A stretch of DNA of 64,000 nucleotides. It comes from an uncultured Thermoprotei archaeon (GTDB taxonomy: Archaea > Thermoproteota > Thermoprotei > Thermofilales > B15-G2). The stretch is from positions 1 through 64,000 of the forward strand of contig CBDUKN010000002.1 in the NCBI GenBank assembly GCA_965367815.1, in the 5' to 3' direction. The first letter of the stretch is position 1, and each line of letters starts with the position of its first letter. Both the position numbers and the translations under genes were made by a program. This document shows, piece by piece, positions 8,932 to 18,423 of the stretch. The notes beneath the pieces were generated by a model, which worked only from the letters and a program-made list of their open reading frames with translations, made no database searches and was not told the origin of the DNA.

Positions 8932-9823
8932 CTTTCCGCGCTAGTTCATTTTTCCAGGTGAGCTGTTTTTCGTATCGCCAGTGCGGCTTAAACTTAGTCT
9001 TATATTTCAAGGGATTTTCGCCTACTACTTCTATTTTCTCTGGATTTATTTCACCATAGCCCCACTTATGCAGAATATATAGGTAACCTATGTCCTGAGG
9101 ATTGAATCCCATAAGCCATGCCGTAAAGGCATCTACTTCTACTGGATTAGTTCCGGCGACAGCTATACCCCATGGCTTAGGGTCGCCTGAAACAGGGCCG
9201 TTTCCCTCCATTCCAACGTAACCGTCTATTATGCTCAAGTGTGGCATTACTTTTGTTGCTATCTCGGCTATACTCAGGTTTATTGCAGCGAAGCCTGCGT
9301 GTATTTTGCTTTTATCATGATCTATTAGACTTCCTACAGCTATGTTCTTTATCGAAAGAGTAGCTACTACTGTGTCATGGGTCTTAGGTCTGCATATCGA
9401 TATGCGGAAGTCTGCATCGAGTATTGTTTTCGCTACTCTAATTCTGAGTTTTTTCTCTAAATTATGCGCATATACGTAGATTTCCTTATAGTCGTCTAGA
9501 TTGAGGTCTACAAACTCTACATCATATTTGTCTTTTAAGCTATAGTAGTTGAATTTTTTTAAGCCATTTGACAGAAGCGACGTTGCTGGTCCCTCGGCTA
9601 TAATTATTTTTCTTGAACCTATTTGGCTGTATATAAAGTCTATAGTTGCTTCAACTGCCTTAACATGAGTAGCTGCTAATTCTACTACCGTTGATACAAA
9701 ATTCGGTTTAATTACTATGCGCTTTTTTGAGCGAAATAAGTCGACTAAAGTATTTTTCATTAAGTTAAGGATGTTTGCTATGCCTTCATAGTGTCCGCTT
9801 GACGAAGTTAAATAAACAGTCAT
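8888..9823 (-). CDS. DUF362-family protein
   Basis: VIKPNFVS, PKTHD, LSIKN, DGYVGMEGNGPVSG. Confidence 0.85.
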   Translation of the reverse strand: MTVYLTSSSGHYEGIANILNLMKNTLVDLFRSKKRIVIKPNFVSTVVELAATHVKAVEATIDFIYSQIGSRKIIIAEGPATSLLSNGLKKFNYYSLKDKYDVEFVDLNLDDYKEIYVYAHNLEKKLRIRVAKTILDADFRISICRPKTHDTVVATLSIKNIAVGSLIDHDKSKIHAGFAAINLSIAEIATKVMPHLSIIDGYVGMEGNGPVSGDPKPWGIAVAGTNPVEVDAFTAWLMGFNPQDIGYLYILHKWGYGEINPEKIEVVGENPLKYKTKFKPHWRYEKQLTWKNELARKGDLLERRILESLDR

Positions 9824-9867
9824 TCTCTTAATAGCTTCCTTACGGTTTATATAAATAAGTAGGTTAA

Positions 9868-11433
9868 CTATCTCTTAATAAAATGCTCGACGTATACTTC
9901 GAGCCCAGGCGTTACTCCATTTTCTTCGATTATTTTCTTGTAGACTTCAGCGCTTGGTCGAGGTAGTCTTTCTTTACTCAATAGGTTTACAAAGTATAGT
10001 CCGAACTTCATTCTGAAGCCCTGAGCCCACTCGTAGTTGTCTGTTAAAGCCCAGTGAAGATACCCTATTACGTTAATTTTTTCTTCATTTACTGCTCTCT
10101 CTAGTACCTTGATATGTTCAATTAAGAATTTAGGTCTAAGCCTGTCTTTCGAGTCGGCTATCCCGTTTTCTGTTACTAAAATAGGCTTACCATATTCTGA
10201 GGCTATTTTTAAAGCATAAAGAAGCCCTTCGGGAAATATTTCCCAGCCAAAATCTGATGTAGGTCTGCCGTCTTCTGAAGTAGAATTCGGTTTGCATGAA
10301 AATCCATAGTTTTCAGCCATTACAGGAATTACTGGTAAGCCTACTACTATTTTCGCTATAAGTGATTTAATTCCTCTAACTACTGCTCTAGTATAGTAGT
10401 TAACTCCTATCCAGTCTACTCTATTACGTAAATAGCTTTTATTTTCGTCTCTTTCTTTGACAGCATTTAAGTTTTCGTCGAGCCAGCCATTGACTACTGC
10501 TTCTAGGAAGAATCTATTATGTATGTGGTTAAGTATTTTTACTGCTTCTTTATCATCTCTTTTTTCTTCAGTAAGAGGAAAAACTGGTGTTACGCTGTGT
10601 ATTAATCCGACGTAAGCTGGTGAAGGAGCTTTTTCATTCTGTTTAATTGTATCAAATTTCTTGACAACATCATATGCTCGTGCATGAGCTATCACCATGT
10701 TTATGGAAGCAGTTTTAAACGCTTTATAATCAAGTACTCCTGGAGGAAATCCTTGCTTAGGAGAAGTGTATCCCGCTTCCGTAACAACTATAGGTTCATT
10801 GAATATAGCCCACCAGTCTACTAAGTCTCCCAGTTTCCACGCAATATAAGCGCAGTACTTAGTGAATTCAATGATAGTTTTTTCGTCTAGCCACCCTAGA
10901 GGTCCTTTCCTGAGCTTGGTATTTCTGGCTGTAATAGGGTCATGTATCCATAAGGGTAAAGTAAAGTGATTTAAACATACTATTACTTCGAATTCTTTTT
11001 CTAATAGATCACGTATAATTGCTCTATAGTGCTCTACAGCATCTATATTAGCTATATTGTCTAGCTTTTCTAAGTCTTTTTCATCGATATCTATTTTACT
11101 TATTTTCCCGTCTGGTGCTCTTTCAACGCCTACTTCTACTTCCGATGTAGAATTAGGGAAAATTCTGCTCCACTCTATACCTATTCTATAAACTGTGAGT
11201 CCTAGCCCTTTAGCTAAGCTATGGTCTATTCCGTAGAGAAACCAGTAGTTTACACCGTGTTCAGGCAGGTCTCCACTAACTAGTCCTTCTGCAATATTAT
11301 TGAGGTCATGCACCCACTTGAACCAGTCTGTATTAGGATCTAGGCTCTTCTCTTCAACATCACCCATTTCGAATTGAAAACCGCTGGCTGAGACACCCCA
11401 CTTGAAGTTTTCCGGTAAGCTCAATTCATTCAC
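9868..11433 (-). CDS. GH1 beta-glycosidase
   Basis: SASGFQFEMG, FNEP acid/base, VTENG nucleophile, DNYEWAQG. Confidence 0.95.
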   Translation of the reverse strand: MNELSLPENFKWGVSASGFQFEMGDVEEKSLDPNTDWFKWVHDLNNIAEGLVSGDLPEHGVNYWFLYGIDHSLAKGLGLTVYRIGIEWSRIFPNSTSEVEVGVERAPDGKISKIDIDEKDLEKLDNIANIDAVEHYRAIIRDLLEKEFEVIVCLNHFTLPLWIHDPITARNTKLRKGPLGWLDEKTIIEFTKYCAYIAWKLGDLVDWWAIFNEPIVVTEAGYTSPKQGFPPGVLDYKAFKTASINMVIAHARAYDVVKKFDTIKQNEKAPSPAYVGLIHSVTPVFPLTEEKRDDKEAVKILNHIHNRFFLEAVVNGWLDENLNAVKERDENKSYLRNRVDWIGVNYYTRAVVRGIKSLIAKIVVGLPVIPVMAENYGFSCKPNSTSEDGRPTSDFGWEIFPEGLLYALKIASEYGKPILVTENGIADSKDRLRPKFLIEHIKVLERAVNEEKINVIGYLHWALTDNYEWAQGFRMKFGLYFVNLLSKERLPRPSAEVYKKIIEENGVTPGLEVYVEHFIKR

Positions 11434-11977
11434 CCAATTTTTCTATAAAATCTTTAGTTGTGAGAATTTCCGCCTTATATATTTCCTTCATATATCGTAG
11501 TGCTTGTTCATGCGCCTCTTTAGTAAACGCGGCTGTAGCATCACTAATGACTACTATTTTATAGTTTCTAAAAAAGGCGTCTGCAGCTGTATGTTGTACA
11601 CAGACATTAGTAGAGACACCTGTTAATACTAAAGTATCTGCTTCAAGTTCTCTCAAGAGAAGATCTAAGTCTGTTTCAAAGAAGCCGCTATACCTTCTCT
11701 TATAGACTATATGGTCTACCTCAGTGGGGGCAAGCTCATCGACTACTTTAGCACCCCATGTTCCTTTAATTGCATGTTCTCCCCAGATTTTAAGCTCATA
11801 GTCTACTCCTTTGATGTGACTATCGCATATATAGATTACAGGAAATTTTTCTCTATGGAATACTTCTACTAACTTTTTGATATTAGGTATTATTTTTTCA
11901 GCTTCAGGTATCTTCAAACTTCCCTTAATGAAGTCGTTAAGCATATCAATTATTAGGAGAACAGGCTTCATACCCAC
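11426..11977 (-). CDS. Isochorismatase/nicotinamidase-family cysteine hydrolase
   Basis: LLIIDMLNDF, KRRYSGF, GVSTNVCV. Confidence 0.92.
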   Translation of the reverse strand: MGMKPVLLIIDMLNDFIKGSLKIPEAEKIIPNIKKLVEVFHREKFPVIYICDSHIKGVDYELKIWGEHAIKGTWGAKVVDELAPTEVDHIVYKRRYSGFFETDLDLLLRELEADTLVLTGVSTNVCVQHTAADAFFRNYKIVVISDATAAFTKEAHEQALRYMKEIYKAEILTTKDFIEKLGE

Positions 11978-12103
11978 TCATTTTGCTTATTGCAACAAAG
12001 TATTTATCTTAAAGTACTCTTTCTTTCACTTTGAGACAAATACTTAGCAAAGAAAAAGACCCGAAATTCAAATAGATTTATTTCCTAAAACACAATATTC
12101 TTA

Positions 12104-12967
12104 GTGTACACTCTGTACTATAGTGCTGGAGGAGAAATATTCTCCATTAAAATAGGCGCTGAAGATTTGTCGCGCTTGTATTTGCATGAAGAAACTGTTC
12201 CTCATGCTTTACAAAAACTTGTTAAGGCTTTTAAAAAATCTAAATTCCAGTATCATCCAATTATAGTCGATGAAAAGAGTAAAGTTATTTTAGATGGAAT
12301 GCATAGAGCTTCAGCCATGAAGGAGCTCGGCTATCCTCGAGTAGCTGTATGCTTCGTAGACTACTTCAGTAAACTAATTGAAGTAAAAAACTGGTATAGA
12401 GTTTTCATAGGAGTAGATTTTTCTCGAGTTATTAATGCAATTAAGGATATCTGCCGCAATTACGGCCTAATTTTTGAGGAAAAAAGAATAGGAGAATATA
12501 ATCTTCGAGAACAGTCTACTGATAGTATTGATTTAATAGTCAGAGATAAAGTCTTTATTATTAAAGGGCCTCAGAATAAATATAATTTATATAGGATAGT
12601 ATCTTATCTAGACAATAAAATAAAATCTTTATCTAATTCAATAAAATATTTGCCTGAAAAAGAAGCCTTATCTTACATTAGTAAAGATAGCGTCGTAGAA
12701 AAGACACCTATTATTACGAAGAAAGATGTTATAGAGGTAGCTCTCTCAGGTAAAGTTTTTCCACCTAAAACTACTAGACACATTATCCCGGTCAGACCTC
12801 TTTTCATAAATATCCCGCTAAACATTCTTAAGAGAAAGGACTTGAACTTAAATGAAGTAAATGACATAATAAACAAAATTTTGCTGCAGAAAAAGCTTGT
12901 TAAAATTAGAGGCAAGATATATCTGGACAGATTTTATGAAGAAAATCACTTGTACCTCTTCATTTAG
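12104..12967 (+). CDS. ParB/Srx-fold protein, SerK/SbnI-like
   Basis: LHEE, PIIVD..ILDGMHR, FPPKTTRH. Confidence 0.7.
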   Translation: MYTLYYSAGGEIFSIKIGAEDLSRLYLHEETVPHALQKLVKAFKKSKFQYHPIIVDEKSKVILDGMHRASAMKELGYPRVAVCFVDYFSKLIEVKNWYRVFIGVDFSRVINAIKDICRNYGLIFEEKRIGEYNLREQSTDSIDLIVRDKVFIIKGPQNKYNLYRIVSYLDNKIKSLSNSIKYLPEKEALSYISKDSVVEKTPIITKKDVIEVALSGKVFPPKTTRHIIPVRPLFINIPLNILKRKDLNLNEVNDIINKILLQKKLVKIRGKIYLDRFYEENHLYLFI

Positions 12968-12978
12968 GAGGCGAAAAT

Positions 12979-14637
12979 ATGTTGCGCATTAAGTACTACG
13001 ATATTAAATATCCTCCTGAAGTACTTCCAGTAGAAGTAAGGAAAGTACTTGACACTATTGACGAAGATTTACGTAATATGGGAATAACAGACGTAAAGTG
13101 GTATTTCGAGGAAGATGAGCAGAGACTAGTTTTTCTTATTGAAGGTGAACGTCCAGAAGAAGCATTTAACTTAATTGAAAGTAGGTTAAGCGAAAGCGGT
13201 ATAGTCTTTTCTGAAATAGTTTCTGCTTGCGTAGAGACTAGTGCTAGCATCTATGAAGAGTACAAAAGATATATTCCTTTACTTCTCAAATACTTAGCTT
13301 ATGAGAAAGTAGCTAGGGTTCTTTTAAAAGAATATAGTTTAAGGAAACTTAGCGTAGAACAGCTCATTTCGCTTAATTTAGCTTACCCTAGTGGTGATCT
13401 AAACAGTAGAGGAAGAGCTGTTTTAGAGAAAGAAGAACTTTTTCTGAGCTTTGTCAATAATTATGGAGAAACTCTCAAAAGTATTCCTGAGAAATCTCTT
13501 TCGCTTATTGCAGTTTTATATGAGAAGAGAAAGTATTGTGGAGAAGACTTTGTGTCCTTTTTATCTAATGTTCTTGAGCTAGACAGTATAGAGCCTTTAA
13601 TACAGAAAGAGCTCATTTCAAAAGACCTTACTTTAACACCTAATGCGCAGAAATTAGCTAAAGCTTTTAAGAGTCTTGTCGAAGAAGTAGAGCAGGCGAG
13701 ATCTAAGTATATGTCTAAAGGCATTCTCTTGAAAGTTTTCTCTGAGCTGGACTCGATGTACAAATATATAGTTTTAAAGAGCGGTGAAAAGACAGAATTT
13801 TCTCACGCCAAAATATTCGAGTCTATTGTAGAGGCCGGAGTAGACTCTAATGTAGCCTTAATGGCTCTAAATAAAGCCTCAGAAGACCTTGTTTCAGAAA
13901 AAGTCTCTAGCCTTGAAGTAGTAGAGCTTGTTAAAAACAGCTTGAATGTATTTGACCCCTCAGGAAAAGCATCGAGTCTTTACGAATTTTACTTAACTGC
14001 CCGAAATTACATTGTTGTAGAGAATGAAGTATTGTCAAGAAAGCTCCTCAGAGAAATGGCTGAGCCTTTTTTCAAAGACTTCGAGCCTATAAGAGCTGTG
14101 CTCGATGATGTTATTGAAAGAGTCTATGATTCGATAAGAAGTATTTGCTCGCTAGCTGCACCGAGAGTAGTTTTCCTCAAAGACTATTACTCGATTAAAC
14201 TTTCACGAAAATTTGTCGAAGATATTCTCAAAGAGGCTTTGTATACAGCTATGCCTTTACTAAAGTTCTTAAATAGAGTAGAAGAAGCAGAGCTAAAGAC
14301 CTACATCGCGTCTCGGCTAAAGAGTATTTTAAGTTATTTGAGTATGAAAAGCGATGTTTTTAGTACACTATATGAGCTAATTTCGATTCTTCTTCTGTCG
14401 TTTAAGACAGTACCCGGACCTTCTCTTGTTACAAACCTCTTAATATTGGCGCAAAAAGCAAAGACAGCTAAACAGTCTTCGCGTGAAATATTAATTTCTT
14501 TTAGCGAGAGCGATTTAAATAGGATAGTTGACTTCTGTAGAAAGCTTCAGAACGACATTAATAGGAGGAAAGTAAGTCCTGAGACAGTGTTTGTAGCTCA
14601 AAAAGTAATTGAAACCGCTTTAAGTAAACTCATCTAA
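12979..14637 (+). CDS. Hypothetical protein with a central ATP-cone-like segment
   Basis: VLKSGEKTEFSHAKIFESIVEAG; strong GGAGG RBS. Confidence 0.55.
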   Translation: MLRIKYYDIKYPPEVLPVEVRKVLDTIDEDLRNMGITDVKWYFEEDEQRLVFLIEGERPEEAFNLIESRLSESGIVFSEIVSACVETSASIYEEYKRYIPLLLKYLAYEKVARVLLKEYSLRKLSVEQLISLNLAYPSGDLNSRGRAVLEKEELFLSFVNNYGETLKSIPEKSLSLIAVLYEKRKYCGEDFVSFLSNVLELDSIEPLIQKELISKDLTLTPNAQKLAKAFKSLVEEVEQARSKYMSKGILLKVFSELDSMYKYIVLKSGEKTEFSHAKIFESIVEAGVDSNVALMALNKASEDLVSEKVSSLEVVELVKNSLNVFDPSGKASSLYEFYLTARNYIVVENEVLSRKLLREMAEPFFKDFEPIRAVLDDVIERVYDSIRSICSLAAPRVVFLKDYYSIKLSRKFVEDILKEALYTAMPLLKFLNRVEEAELKTYIASRLKSILSYLSMKSDVFSTLYELISILLLSFKTVPGPSLVTNLLILAQKAKTAKQSSREILISFSESDLNRIVDFCRKLQNDINRRKVSPETVFVAQKVIETALSKLI

Positions 14638-15846
14638 AGTTCTTATTCTCCTGTAGGACGGCCCGTGACTTAAGAGCCACTTTTTCACTTCTTCTCTATT
14701 CTTTAATTTTTTGACAATTTCTAATGTAGTTAAATAAACTTTAATTAATTTATTTTTAGTTTCCTCAGGTAAGCCCTGAAAAGGTATTACAGCTTCAGTA
14801 ATGTAGTTGACTAGTTCTTCGAATTTGCTTAAACTAATTTCTCCTAAAACATATTTGCTTAAAGCGTTTTCGAGAAAACTTAGTGCCTCTTCAGCTGAAC
14901 TAAAGCCTCTCTTTATGTTTAATAGTGCTGGATTTATACAGAATCTTAGTTTCTTTAGGAGGTCTTCTACCTGTACAGGTAATGTCTCTTTTCTTTTCGT
15001 TTCTTTTAATTTAGCTTTAGAAACTTTTTTCCTGTCAATTACACCTGGATAAGGACCAATGAGCCTATAGGCTTTCCACACCAATTCGTCTGCTTCACCT
15101 TCAATAAAGCGGCGCCAGGCTTTTCTATGTTTGAAGCTCAGCGGATTAGTCCAGTCTATTTCAAATGAGTCAAGGTCTTCAGGTTTGAATACAATGCATG
15201 AAACGTTTAGTTCTCTATGTAAGCTCAATGGTGCAGTGAATACTCTTTGAGGATCCATTAAGTTTTCTACCTTAATGTTAACAGAGTATTTTTTATTAAT
15301 ATTTACTACTTTATTTACAATTTTTCTAGAAATATACTCTACTAAAGCGTAAACTGCATTAAAGACCCCTATTTTATTTAAAACATCGCTAGATATAGCT
15401 TTCTCATGTACATGAACATGGACTCCGTTACCGCTCCACTTTAAGTATACAGATTCTGATACACCTTCCTTTTCTAGACAATCAACTACTATTCTGGCTA
15501 CTTCAATAGTATATTTCCACCAGTCTATTTTGCTGTCAATATCCCATGTAGGTGTTCTCGCAACAACATTTCCCGAGTAATCTAGTGCATCGTCTTTTGT
15601 GACAAGTCGCCTGTAGATGTTACATGATGCGTAAAATGATCGTGGCTTTAGGTAATAGTGCTTTATTATGAACGCTTTTATATCACTTGGCTTAGAGAAA
15701 GTAAGCGGTTTACCGGACTCATATCTAATGAGCATAAAGCGTCCATCTTTAAGTCGTTTTTCACAGTGCACTGCAACCCATCTATTTATACAAAAAGACG
15801 CTATTTCCTCTAATACTTCTTGTTTTGAATAATATTCTTTTATCAT
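14620..15846 (-). CDS. Archaeo-eukaryotic primase (AEP)-superfamily protein
   Basis: WDID, WSGNGVHVH, RVFTAPLSLH; C-terminal TLDEF. Confidence 0.75.
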   Translation of the reverse strand: MIKEYYSKQEVLEEIASFCINRWVAVHCEKRLKDGRFMLIRYESGKPLTFSKPSDIKAFIIKHYYLKPRSFYASCNIYRRLVTKDDALDYSGNVVARTPTWDIDSKIDWWKYTIEVARIVVDCLEKEGVSESVYLKWSGNGVHVHVHEKAISSDVLNKIGVFNAVYALVEYISRKIVNKVVNINKKYSVNIKVENLMDPQRVFTAPLSLHRELNVSCIVFKPEDLDSFEIDWTNPLSFKHRKAWRRFIEGEADELVWKAYRLIGPYPGVIDRKKVSKAKLKETKRKETLPVQVEDLLKKLRFCINPALLNIKRGFSSAEEALSFLENALSKYVLGEISLSKFEELVNYITEAVIPFQGLPEETKNKLIKVYLTTLEIVKKLKNREEVKKWLLSHGPSYRRIRTLDEFT

Positions 15847-15848
15847 AC

Positions 15849-16247
15849 TTATAGTGTTTTTACAGATATTTTCTGTGCTACTTCTATTAATTCTTTTTTA
15901 AGTGAAATTATAGGTACTCTCATTTTCTTGGCATAATACAAGCTAAGAGTATCTGAAAGCGTTAAAATATAACCCATCTCTTTAATTTTCTTGTAAAGTA
16001 TTGTAGCGTTATAAGCATCTTCTATATCTATGTCGATTACGTAGAGCGGAGATATTTTCTCAAGAAATTCGTTTAAGGATACTTTCCGTGAAATATACTC
16101 GGCATATTCCAGCACTGATAGCACGTGAATAAAACCTATAGCGTTTCTTTTCCAGATATCGCTTACAATACCTGTATAAGCTTCAGGGAGCCTGTTTTCA
16201 TCTAAGCCAATTAAAATAGATGAATCTAGTAGATATCTACTATACAC
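15849..16247 (-). CDS. PIN-domain (VapC-like) protein
   Basis: YLLDSSILI, SVLE, LSD; 132 aa. Confidence 0.7.
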   Translation of the reverse strand: MYSRYLLDSSILIGLDENRLPEAYTGIVSDIWKRNAIGFIHVLSVLEYAEYISRKVSLNEFLEKISPLYVIDIDIEDAYNATILYKKIKEMGYILTLSDTLSLYYAKKMRVPIISLKKELIEVAQKISVKTL

Positions 16248-16268
16248 ACATCATTACTAGATGTTCGC

Positions 16269-17060
16269 TTACTTAAAGTTTAACTTTAGCTCTACTTCCT
16301 CTATCTCCTCTTTGCTTAAATTGAGCTTTAAATTCGATATAAAGGCGAAAACAAGGTCTTTAAGCAAGTTAGATACAAATGGATTCAAGTAGACTCTTTC
16401 ACTATTAACCTTTAGAATTACTTTGCTCTCTTTCAAAGTAACACATTGATCAATAGAGGCTTTGCTTTCGGCCACAGCTAATGATAAGTCAATACATGAA
16501 GAAAAGCCGCATTTTTTGCAGTTTACTTTAGGCAATTTTTGATAAACTTTTGATGCGGCGGAAATTCTTTTTACATGCTTTTCCACTTCATAAACTACTT
16601 TTTCTATTTCTTCAGAAATACTCGCTTTATTTTTAAAATTCACTTCAGCTATAACGTTGCTGAAACTTTTGTCTCTAGATGGAACACAGATTATTCTGAC
16701 AGCTGTACGAGAAAAACTCCTGAATTTCTCTCTAAAGCCTTCAACTACAACTATGTCAGCAAGTCTGTAAATATAGATTAAGTCTTGGAGTGCGAGGTCT
16801 CTAGGCTTCATTCTAATAAAAACTGTATTTGGTGCCACGGCCATAATGTAGAAGGCTCCACTTAGCCAAGCTCTACTAGTATCTGAATGTTCCTTATCCA
16901 CTTCTATGGGGCAAGAGCAGCTCTTGAGGTAAGCTACTTTGAAACCTTTTGACGAAAAGTGTTTAATTAAGATTTCAGCTAAAAGGGTTTTACCAGTATT
17001 TTTGTCGCCAATTATTTGTATCAAAGGCTTAAATAGGGGGAGATCCTCTTCTCTTAGCAT
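16269..17060 (-). CDS. mobB: MobB-family protein with C-terminal Fe-S domain
   Basis: GDKNTGKT, DTSR, VVEGF, LPKVNCKKCGFSSC. Confidence 0.8.
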   Translation of the reverse strand: MLREEDLPLFKPLIQIIGDKNTGKTLLAEILIKHFSSKGFKVAYLKSCSCPIEVDKEHSDTSRAWLSGAFYIMAVAPNTVFIRMKPRDLALQDLIYIYRLADIVVVEGFREKFRSFSRTAVRIICVPSRDKSFSNVIAEVNFKNKASISEEIEKVVYEVEKHVKRISAASKVYQKLPKVNCKKCGFSSCIDLSLAVAESKASIDQCVTLKESKVILKVNSERVYLNPFVSNLLKDLVFAFISNLKLNLSKEEIEEVELKLNFK

Positions 17061-17109
17061 TAAGATACAAAAAAGAGATAAAATTTAAATTTAATTGGCA
17101 GTTAAGAGC

Positions 17110-17307
17110 TTATTTCTCAGAAGACTTCTCTTTAGTAGTTGTCTCGCCCATTAATCTCCTGATCTCGCTTTCAGGTATTCTGTATCTTCCGCCTGGAGTA
17201 GTTATTGCACGTATTTTTCCTTCTTTAATCCATTTTTTCACTGTCATCGGATGTACACTAAATATTTCTGCTACTTTACTTACGCTATAGTGTTTCTCTA
17301 CGTTCAT
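17110..17307 (-). CDS. Stand-alone MerR/Xis/BldC-like HTH protein
   Basis: YSVSKVAEIFSVHPMTVKKWIKEGKI..TPGGRYRI. Confidence 0.85.
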   Translation of the reverse strand: MNVEKHYSVSKVAEIFSVHPMTVKKWIKEGKIRAITTPGGRYRIPESEIRRLMGETTTKEKSSEK

Positions 17308-17310
17308 CGT

Positions 17311-17326
17311 TATAACTATATAACTA
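17311..17326. promoter_or_regulatory. Tandem direct repeat TATAACTA x2 between the TATA box and start of the HTH gene
   Basis: Exact 8-bp tandem; minus-strand TTTAAAAA box at ~17331-17338. Confidence 0.45.
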
Positions 17327-17700
17327 ATGCTTTTTAAATTTTTCTCACATCATTTATTTAATTGATAGAAATTAGTTTCCCACTTTAGGTATTGTGTGTA
17401 GTTTTTGCCTGTTTCTATTCGATTGATCGCTGATTCTATGCTTTAATTTAGTAGATAAGTATGCTTCACATGTGTGAATAACACACTACATTTTAAGAAG
17501 ATAAAATATTATATTAGTTTTTCTCCTTTTACGAAAAAGTAGTTAATTAGCTATGTAACAGATTTATATTGAACTAAATTGTTGGACTATAGGGAACATA
17601 TGTGTACGTTATAGTATTGCTATGTGCATAAGTATAACAGCATCTTAAGTACTTTTCTATTAGACGAAAAACTTAAAATTAGCTAGGAGTATGCTCTCTG

Positions 17701-18423
17701 ATGCTTTTTAGTGTACAGAGGTTGACTGTAGCTATTGGAAACAAAGTGATATTAAGCAATGTTTCGATAAGTGTTGATAGAGGAGAAATAGTAGCTATTA
17801 TGGGTCCTAATGGCTCGGGCAAAACTACTCTTGCTTATGCCATAATGGGGCATCCTAGGTACAGAATAATTAAAGGGAGAGTTATTTTAGACGGAGATGA
17901 TATCACTTTTTTACCTCCCTACGAGAGAGCCCGTAGAGGGGTGTTTCTAGCTTTTCAGCATCCACCCGAGATACATGGAGTTAAACTGAAATATCTTCTC
18001 GACTTTATTTCGAAAAATAAAGACTATATGAATATGTTTAAGTATCTAGGATTCAGTGAAGAATTTTTGCATAGAGATCTTAATGTAGGTTTTTCGGGAG
18101 GGGAAAAGAAGAGGCTTGAAGTGCTTCAAATGCTGTTAATGAAGCCTAAAATAGCTATTCTTGATGAACCTGATTCAGGCGTAGATATAGATTCTATAAG
18201 GCTTATAGCGAAAGCAATTAAGAAATTAGCTGAAGAAAAAAGTGGAGTTTTGCTGATAACTCATTATACTAAGCTCGCCCGCTATCTTGTGCCTTCTCGC
18301 GTCTATGTAATGTTTAATGGCAGAATAGTAGCTAGTGGAGACGTAGAGCTTATGAATAAAATTGATAGTTGTGGATATCAGTGCATCGACATAGGTAAAT
18401 GTCTGCTTGAAGAGGGATGCTAA
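17701..18423 (+). CDS. sufC: Fe-S assembly ATPase SufC
   Basis: GPNGSGKTT, AFQHP, GFSGGEKKR, ILDEPDSG. Confidence 0.93.
   Translation: MLFSVQRLTVAIGNKVILSNVSISVDRGEIVAIMGPNGSGKTTLAYAIMGHPRYRIIKGRVILDGDDITFLPPYERARRGVFLAFQHPPEIHGVKLKYLLDFISKNKDYMNMFKYLGFSEEFLHRDLNVGFSGGEKKRLEVLQMLLMKPKIAILDEPDSGVDIDSIRLIAKAIKKLAEEKSGVLLITHYTKLARYLVPSRVYVMFNGRIVASGDVELMNKIDSCGYQCIDIGKCLLEEGC

Noticed and set aside
17110-17307. IS607 transposon
   Set aside because: Only the HTH is present; there is no serine recombinase catalytic domain or tnpB.
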